Positions 58,162-64,000 of a stretch of 64,000 bases of DNA are shown in pieces. The DNA is taken from the NCBI GenBank assembly GCA_035547035.1, contig DASZVL010000028.1, forward strand, positions 50,230-114,229, given 5' to 3'. Every line of letters begins with the position of its first letter. The stretch's first letter is position 1. The translations under genes and the position numbers were made by a program. A model generated the notes under the pieces. It was not told the origin of the DNA. It saw only the letters and a program-made list of their open reading frames with translations, and made no database searches. Source of the DNA: Mycobacteriales bacterium (GTDB lineage: Bacteria > Actinomycetota > Actinomycetes > JAFAQI01).

Positions 58162-59504
58162 CGTTCCCCTGTCGCGGACATGTCGTTGTCGCGGTAACGG
58201 CCATTGTCGAGCCAGTAGCCGGAGCGGAAGTGGAAGGACAACCTATCCACCACGCGCTGCCCTTCGATGTGTGCCGGAACGTTGCGACCGGTCGCCGCGT
58301 CGTACGAGCCGCCGCTGATGTTGTGGACGTCGGCGGAGTCGTCGAACCGCTTCGCGAGCAGGCGCTGCAACGACTTCCGTTCGAGCGATCCGCGATGCGG
58401 CATCCGGCCCATCAGATAGTGGTCGAACCAAGCGAGCGTGTAGTAGAGCGCGACCTCCGCGCCGTAGCGGCTGCCGGTGCCGGGCACGAACTGCGTGTAG
58501 TCGAGATGGGTTCCGGCGCGGATCGCGATCTTCATGGTGTCAACGTGCGCGGCGCGCATCCGGGTGAAGTCGTGGTCCTTGTTGCCCGGACCGTAGAACG
58601 GCGGCGGCGACGCGTACGGCTGCGAGATGCACACCGGGACCTGCTGACACTGGTAGTCCGAGACGGTGAACAGAGTGGGATGACGCAGCGGCAGACTCCG
58701 CGGCATCGGGCTCGACTTGGCCCGGTCCCACGACACGACCGCGCGAACCCGCTTGTCGCGCTGGCCGGTCTCAATGGCGCCGACCGCACCGCCGGAGTGG
58801 CCGGCGACCCCGACATGGTGGCGCGCCAGGTTGCGCCAGTCGGGGTTGAACACGCCCTGGTCGGGGTGGCGCGGCGTGGAGAACAGGAAGTCGAGCGCGG
58901 CTTCCGTGTCGGGCGGGAACGGTGCCGAGCCGGTGTTCTGCTGCACCGGCACCTGGAACGTCAGCACCATGTACCCGCTCTCGGCGAGCGCCTCGTCCGC
59001 CCACAGGTAGTGCTGCATCGAAGCGCTGCCGCCGTGTACGACGACCACCGCCGGATAGGGGCCACGCCGATGAACCAGCCCGATCGGCTCGTGAGTACAC
59101 GAGTGCGGCGTGCACGGCAGGAACATCTGCGCCGCCAGCATGGTCCCGCTGGGATCCGGTAGCTCGAGCTGACGAAACCGGAAGCGATGATTACGAAGCC
59201 GGCCGGGGTCGCGGAACGGGTCCTCGGGCGGCGTGCCGCCGGACAGGGACGACTGGCTCGCCTCGGCCGCAGCGAACGCCAGGTTGGTGTCGGTGTCGAA
59301 GAACCGCTGCTCGCCACACTTCGCTTCGTTCGCCTCCCGCTCGATCCACGCCGCCGTACCCGGCTTGGCTGCCGGCGGAGCGGCGGCGCAGTTGTACGCC
59401 GCGGTCGACGGCGCCGCGAAGCCGCTGTTCGTCGCGAGTAGTGGCAGCACAGTGCCAGCGACGAGGAGGATGCGGGCTGCTCGACTCCGAACCGCCCTCC
59501 GCAC
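58158..59504 (-). CDS. secreted alpha/beta hydrolase (dienelactone hydrolase/PAF-acetylhydrolase-like)
   Basis: Has a signal peptide (MRRAVRSRAARILLVAGTVLPLLATNSGFAAP) and the elbow VGVAGHSGGAVG. It overlaps the downstream esterase start by 4 nt. Confidence 0.65.
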   Translation of the reverse strand: MRRAVRSRAARILLVAGTVLPLLATNSGFAAPSTAAYNCAAAPPAAKPGTAAWIEREANEAKCGEQRFFDTDTNLAFAAAEASQSSLSGGTPPEDPFRDPGRLRNHRFRFRQLELPDPSGTMLAAQMFLPCTPHSCTHEPIGLVHRRGPYPAVVVVHGGSASMQHYLWADEALAESGYMVLTFQVPVQQNTGSAPFPPDTEAALDFLFSTPRHPDQGVFNPDWRNLARHHVGVAGHSGGAVGAIETGQRDKRVRAVVSWDRAKSSPMPRSLPLRHPTLFTVSDYQCQQVPVCISQPYASPPPFYGPGNKDHDFTRMRAAHVDTMKIAIRAGTHLDYTQFVPGTGSRYGAEVALYYTLAWFDHYLMGRMPHRGSLERKSLQRLLAKRFDDSADVHNISGGSYDAATGRNVPAHIEGQRVVDRLSFHFRSGYWLDNGRYRDNDMSATGER

Positions 59505-59522
59505 GTCGCTACGGTAAGCGCC

Positions 59523-60551
59523 ATGTCAGGAGGACGGGCGCAGGCTTGGCGGGACCGCGGCGACTACTTCTCGTGGGCGCCGGCGGACGGGTCTGCTCCG
59601 GCCGTCGACATCTTTCATGTCGAAGGTGGCGATCCCGACAAGCCCACCGTGGTGCTCGTGCATGGTTTCCCGACCTGCAGCGTCGATTGGTTCGACCTCG
59701 GCATCCTGCTCAGCGACCGGTTCCACGTCTGTGCGCTCGACTTCCCGGGCTACGGCTTTTCGAGCAAGCCCGTTGGCTGGGGTTACAGCCTGGTCCGTGA
59801 CGCCGAGCTGCTCGACCACTACCTCGCCGAGGTGCTCGGCAAGCAGTCGGCGATCGTCATCGCGCACGACCGCGGTACGAGCGTCTCGCTGCTCCACACG
59901 ATCAACGCCGCCGCCGGTCGCACCAAGACGACGGTCGACCATCTGATCCTCACGAACGGCAACATCTACCTGCCGCTGTCGAACCTCACCGACTTCCAAC
60001 GGATGGCGCTCGACCCAGCGACCTGGCCGACGGTGAAGGAGTTCATGACGCCCGCGATGCTCGCGGTCGGCATGGGCATGCTCACCTTCTCCCCGCCGCG
60101 CGGCGCCGGCGACCCGGAGATCGATGCGCTCGATGCGACGTTCGCGCACAACGACGGCGTACAGGTCATTCACGAGACCATCCAGTACCTCGTGGAGCGC
60201 GCAGAGAACGAGACCGACTGGCTCGCGGCACTGGGCAAGCTCGACACGCCGACCTCCGTCATCTGGGGTATGAACGACCCGGTCTCACCACCGCGGGTCG
60301 CACTCCACTCGTGGGATGACTTCTTGATGTTCAAGCCCGGACGCAACCGCATCTACCTCGTGCCGGACGCCAACCACTACGTGCAGAACGACCGGCCGGA
60401 CGCGCTCGCCGCCACGATCGCCCACACCCTCGACGACGCCAGTGCGGCGACGCCGGGACCGATCACGCAGGAGCTACGGTCGCCAGTCCTGATCGACAGC
60501 TCCCGCGGTCACATGCCGAAGGGCACCGACGTCATCAAAGGCGCCCGGTAG
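59523..60551 (+). CDS. alpha/beta hydrolase with Asp nucleophile context (epoxide hydrolase/haloalkane dehalogenase-like)
   Basis: Has VVLVHGFPTCSVDW, the nucleophile elbow VIAHDRGTS, and a C-terminal His (DANHYVQNDRP). Confidence 0.75.
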   Translation: MSGGRAQAWRDRGDYFSWAPADGSAPAVDIFHVEGGDPDKPTVVLVHGFPTCSVDWFDLGILLSDRFHVCALDFPGYGFSSKPVGWGYSLVRDAELLDHYLAEVLGKQSAIVIAHDRGTSVSLLHTINAAAGRTKTTVDHLILTNGNIYLPLSNLTDFQRMALDPATWPTVKEFMTPAMLAVGMGMLTFSPPRGAGDPEIDALDATFAHNDGVQVIHETIQYLVERAENETDWLAALGKLDTPTSVIWGMNDPVSPPRVALHSWDDFLMFKPGRNRIYLVPDANHYVQNDRPDALAATIAHTLDDASAATPGPITQELRSPVLIDSSRGHMPKGTDVIKGAR

Positions 60552-60592
60552 CTCAACCCGCTTCGCCTGCTCCCAGCTCTGCTCCGCTCACA

Positions 60593-60656
60593 AATGTGAC
60601 CTCGCTGGCACGACACCGCAGTCTCAGGCGCACGTTTCACACAGCAATGTCACATT
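60593..60656. repeat. weak hairpin sharing TGTCACA-type words with 46361-46441
   Basis: The arms AATGTGAC / GTCACATT (8 bp) flank CACGACAC and TTCACACAGC words that also occur in the 46361-46441 element. It lies between convergent genes. Confidence 0.35.
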
Positions 60657-60680
60657 GTTCAGGTCGGTTGGAGGGCGGCT

Positions 60681-60947
60681 TCAGCGTTCGTAGACGTCAC
60701 GACGATGACCGACAGCGACAACGAGGACCAGCAGGACTTCGTCTCGGATTTGGTAGACGACTCGGTAGTCACCGGTGCGCACTCGCCATAGCCGCGGTGA
60801 GTCGTTGCTGACCAGCATCTTCGCGGCTGGCGGTCGAGGGTTCTCGGCGAGCAGCGCAACGACCTTGCCGACCCGATCACGGGCGCTGCGAGGGAGCTTG
60901 CGCAGCGCGCGATCAGCTGCCGGACGCAGCTCGACCCGATAGGTCAC
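60681..60947 (-). CDS. type II toxin, RelE/ParE family
   Basis: Starts at the GTG at 60947, overlapping the antitoxin stop (GTGA). The 88-aa product contains RALRKLPRSARDRV...LWRVRTGDYRVVYQIRDEVLLVLVVAVGHRRDVY. Confidence 0.8.
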   Translation of the reverse strand: MTYRVELRPAADRALRKLPRSARDRVGKVVALLAENPRPPAAKMLVSNDSPRLWRVRTGDYRVVYQIRDEVLLVLVVAVGHRRDVYER

Positions 60948-61192
60948 GACAGGCCGAGCTCGGCCTTGACCGTCTCCCAAGGAACCGACTCGCCGTCCTC
61001 GGCGAGGGCGGCATGCGCGGCCGCGATGTCTTCCGCGTCCTCGAGTGCCTCGACCGCTCGCTCGTAGAACTCGGAAGTGACCAGCGTGGCGACGCGGCGA
61101 CCATGGCGGGTGATGAACACCGGCTCCCGGGCAGCCGTCGCCAGCGCTTCGGAGAAGTGCTCTCGCGCGTTGCTGGCTGTCATCTCGCTCAC
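60944..61192 (-). CDS. type II antitoxin, Phd/YefM family
   Basis: The 82-aa product has the N-terminal motif TASNAREHFSEALATAAREPVFITRHGRRVATLVT and an acidic C-terminus. Confidence 0.85.
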   Translation of the reverse strand: MSEMTASNAREHFSEALATAAREPVFITRHGRRVATLVTSEFYERAVEALEDAEDIAAAHAALAEDGESVPWETVKAELGLS

Positions 61193-61301
61193 GCAGGAAT
61201 CGTATAAAACCGCTGTTTCCGCGTCAATGGACGATCTGAGCCTGGGGGTTGCGAGGGGATGTCTTACCGACTTGTGGCGTTGCTGACGGCATTAGGGACT
61301 G

Positions 61302-62219
61302 TCAGCGAGCGTTAGGTGCGATGACCTCGGCGCCGTACTGCTCGAGCGCGTCGACGGCGTGGTCGACCGAGTCGCCCGGTACGCCGGTGCCGTTCCACGT
61401 CACCCCGATCTCGGCGAGCTCACCGAGCCCTTCGAGCTGAGCCTCGGGATTGAACGACGGCGTGCCCGGCGATCCGCCGGCGTGCGTCATGAACGAGATG
61501 TCGATCGTCGAGCGGTCGCGTCCGGCTGCCTCCACCCGCTGCCACAGGTCGTCGAGCAACGCGCGGAGGTCATCGATCGTCTCGAGAACCGTCGTCTTCG
61601 CCGTTGCGGCGAGCGTCGCCGGCGCGGGGAACGGGTTCCAGGCGTCACCGAAGTCGGCAACCCGCTGCCGGGCCCGCGCGCCGTTGCCGCCGATCCAGAT
61701 CGGCACGTTGACCGGCTTGGGATTAGCCGTCTGCCCGACGGCGGAGAACGTCGAGCCCTCGAACGCGAAGTTGTCCTGCGACCAGATCCCCTTGAGCACC
61801 TGGATCGCCTCGTCGAACAGGTCATTGCGCTTCTCGAAGTCCACTCCCACCGCGCGGTACTCCGCCTTCATGTAGCCGACCGCCGCCGACAGCGTGAAGC
61901 GTCCGTTCGACAAGGCGTCGATCGTGGCGATCGACTTCGCGACAATGAACGGATTGCGGTACGGCAGCACCACGATGTTCGGGATCAGCCGGATCCGGTC
62001 GGTCACGGCCGCGATGAACGCCAGCGCAGCGAACGGGTCGAGCGCGTCGTGTCCGCCGGACTGCAACCAGCGATCCGACGGTGCCGGGTGATCGGTGAAA
62101 CCGATGCCGTCGAAGCCGGCCGCCTCGGCAGCCTGCGCGAACCGGATCAGCGCGTCCTTGCTGACGAACGCCGGGTCGTAGGGGTGCTTGACCAGCGGAT
62201 ACGTCACCCAGTGCTTCAC
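61302..62219 (-). CDS. LLM-class (luciferase-like) F420-dependent oxidoreductase
   Basis: Starts at the GTG at 62219 (VKHWVTYPL). Has the LLM pattern GFDGIGFTDH...LPYRNPFIVAKSIATIDALSNGRFTLSAAVGY...VPIWIGG. Confidence 0.8.
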   Translation of the reverse strand: MKHWVTYPLVKHPYDPAFVSKDALIRFAQAAEAAGFDGIGFTDHPAPSDRWLQSGGHDALDPFAALAFIAAVTDRIRLIPNIVVLPYRNPFIVAKSIATIDALSNGRFTLSAAVGYMKAEYRAVGVDFEKRNDLFDEAIQVLKGIWSQDNFAFEGSTFSAVGQTANPKPVNVPIWIGGNGARARQRVADFGDAWNPFPAPATLAATAKTTVLETIDDLRALLDDLWQRVEAAGRDRSTIDISFMTHAGGSPGTPSFNPEAQLEGLGELAEIGVTWNGTGVPGDSVDHAVDALEQYGAEVIAPNAR

Positions 62220-62232
62220 TGCCCTGCTCGTT

Positions 62233-63042
62233 TCACCGCGTCGGCCCCAACATGTAGTCGCCAGTTTCGGGATGGTGGTACCAGCCACCCGCGGCCTGCG
62301 TGCCACCGTCGACGTGGATCGTCTGGCCGGTGACGTACGCCGACAGGTCCGAGGCAAGGAAGACGGCAGCGCCGGCCATCTCATCGACGTGGCCGGCACG
62401 GCCCATCGGGATCATGTGCTGAACTCGGTCGAGCACCCCGGACATCGCCACGGCCTGCAGTCCCTCGGTCATCGTGAAGTCGGGCGCGAGTGCGTTCACC
62501 CGGATCCCGTGCGGCGCGAGCTCAAGCGCGGCCGTCTTCGTGTAGTTGCTGACGCCGGCCTTGGCTGCGGCGTACGCCGCGTAGCCGGGCGCCGCTCGCG
62601 ACCCTTCGATCGACGTGACGCTGATGACGCTGCCACCAATGCCTGCCTGGACCATCGCTCTGGCAACGCGTTGCGTGCACAGCAGGACGTGGCGGAGGTT
62701 TGACTTGTACAGCGCATCCCAGCCGTTCTCGCTCGTCTCGAGGATCGGCGAGGCGAACACGCCCCCCGCGTTGTTCACGAGGATCGACGGCGTGCCGAGC
62801 TTGTCGATCGTCTCCGCCAGCGCGGCGTCGACCTGCCCCGAGTCCCGGACGTCGGTCGTGATGCCGAGCGCGCCGATCTCCGCCGCGGCCGCCTCGCAGG
62901 TTTCGGCGGTTCGCTCCCAGATCGCGACCGAGGCGCCGAACGCGACGAAGCCGGCGGCGATCCCGCGGCCGATGCCGGACCCACCGCCGGTGACGACGGC
63001 GACCCTGCCGTCGAGACGTGCGGCGTCGGGAGAGATCGGCAT
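62233..63042 (-). CDS. SDR family oxidoreductase
   Basis: Starts at the ATG at 63042. Has TGGGSGIG (Rossmann), NNAG, and the catalytic YAAAKAG. Confidence 0.85.
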   Translation of the reverse strand: MPISPDAARLDGRVAVVTGGGSGIGRGIAAGFVAFGASVAIWERTAETCEAAAAEIGALGITTDVRDSGQVDAALAETIDKLGTPSILVNNAGGVFASPILETSENGWDALYKSNLRHVLLCTQRVARAMVQAGIGGSVISVTSIEGSRAAPGYAAYAAAKAGVSNYTKTAALELAPHGIRVNALAPDFTMTEGLQAVAMSGVLDRVQHMIPMGRAGHVDEMAGAAVFLASDLSAYVTGQTIHVDGGTQAAGGWYHHPETGDYMLGPTR

Positions 63043-63113
63043 GGCGGGCACCGTAACTTGCCGATGATCAGTTGTCTGCACAACGAGCCGTCAAGATGTG
63101 TTTACCTACTTTC

Positions 63114-63701
63114 ATGCCGATCATCGAGCCGATCCCGATCGAGGCGCTCCCGCCACGGTCCCGGGAGATCATCGAAGGTGGATGCGCCGACGGGCTCTAC
63201 GCCACTCCCCTGCCGCTGCAGGTCTTCGCGTACAACAGCCAGCGGCTGGAGGCGACCCACGCGAAGCGTCTCAACACCGGGCAGGGCACGCTGCTGGGCG
63301 GTCGCATCCTCGAGCTGCTGCGGATCCGCAGCGCGCAGCTCGGCGAGTGCCAGCCGTGCATGCAGTCGCGCAAGCACGACTCGATCACCGACGGTGACGT
63401 CACCGCCTGTCTGATCACAGAGGACCGAAGCGACATGGATCCGCAGGAACGGAAGGCGCTGGAGTTCCTGGACCTCCTTTCCGCGGACCACCACGCACTC
63501 GATGCCGACTTCTACCGGTCGCTGAGCGAGGTGTTCACCACCGCACAGATCGTCGAGCTCGGCTTCGCGTGCGCCGAGATGATGGGCGTGCACCGGTTCG
63601 TGCACACCCTCGACATCTTCGGCACCGACCCGCCGGCGCTGCCGTTCTCATCGGACCAGATCGACACCCGTCACGAGTCGAGCGAGACCACTTCGGTATG
63701 A
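63114..63701 (+). CDS. carboxymuconolactone decarboxylase (AhpD-like) family protein
   Basis: Starts at the ATG at 63114 (MPIIEPIPIE). Has the CMD-type CxxC in LGECQPCMQSR. Confidence 0.7.
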   Translation: MPIIEPIPIEALPPRSREIIEGGCADGLYATPLPLQVFAYNSQRLEATHAKRLNTGQGTLLGGRILELLRIRSAQLGECQPCMQSRKHDSITDGDVTACLITEDRSDMDPQERKALEFLDLLSADHHALDADFYRSLSEVFTTAQIVELGFACAEMMGVHRFVHTLDIFGTDPPALPFSSDQIDTRHESSETTSV

Positions 63702-63715
63702 GCCGCGTCCTTCCA

Positions 63716-64000
63716 TGAGCAGGGTCTTCGTCACCGGCGGGACCGGTCTCGCGGGCGCCAACATCTGTCAGCAGCTCGTCGAACGCGGTGACGCGGTCCG
63801 CGCGCTGGTGCGCAACCCGGACGAGGCGGCTTCCCTCGCCGAGATCGGGGTCGAGCTCGTCCAAGGGGACATCACCGATGCCGATGACGTGGTTCGAGCA
63901 TCGAAAGGATGCGAGGCCGCGATCCACTCGGCCGCCCTGCTCGGTGGCTCCAGCCAGAACCTCGACGACTTCCGTGCGGTCAACCTCGACGGGACGACCC
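63716..64000 (+). CDS. NAD-dependent epimerase/dehydratase family protein, N-terminal part (runs off right edge)
   Basis: Translation from the ATG at 63716 reads MSRVFVTGGTGLAGANICQQLVERGDAVRALVRN, a Rossmann GxxGxxG. The frame stays open to the window end. Confidence 0.7.

Overview
This is a very GC-rich, gene-dense chromosomal segment of Actinomycetota type (GC judged by eye, not computed). I support about 50 protein genes and one tRNA-Arg(CCG). I recognised no rRNA, CRISPR array, transposase, integrase, prophage gene or known defence system.

The left edge carries the conserved actinobacterial block argS-lysA-hom-thrC on the minus strand. The rest is accessory-looking catabolic DNA:
- At least 12 alpha/beta-hydrolase-fold or serine-peptidase genes (S9, S9A, S15/CocE-NonD, esterases), plus an amidase, a DUF885 protein, a GH116-like glycosidase and a phospholipase C/phosphoesterase.
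- Fatty-acid and CoA genes: crotonase, two acyl-CoA dehydrogenases (ACADs), an acyl-CoA synthetase, a thioesterase and a desaturase.
- A P450, furA-katG, a RelE/Phd toxin-antitoxin pair, and redox enzymes (LLM, SDR, AhpD-like, ALDH, ALO-type oxidase).

Most interesting observations:
1. An eight-gene, translationally coupled block at 36667-46303 re-wires a Liv-type ABC importer. One polypeptide is MFS::LivF and another is LivH::LivM::LivG. They sit with a Cys-rich substrate-binding lipoprotein, a hydrolase, a small lipoprotein and three uncharacterised envelope proteins.
2. Three paralogous Cys-rich PBP1-like lipoproteins with long low-complexity tethers and a C-terminal CxC motif are each embedded in a hydrolase operon.
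3. A five-gene coupled operon encodes DUF885, a lipoprotein, prolyl oligopeptidase, a PucR regulator and an S9 peptidase.
4. Two small families of structured intergenic repeats sit between convergent genes.
5. A six-frame stop repeat ends the transporter operon.

All functional calls come from motif recognition by eye. No database search was run.
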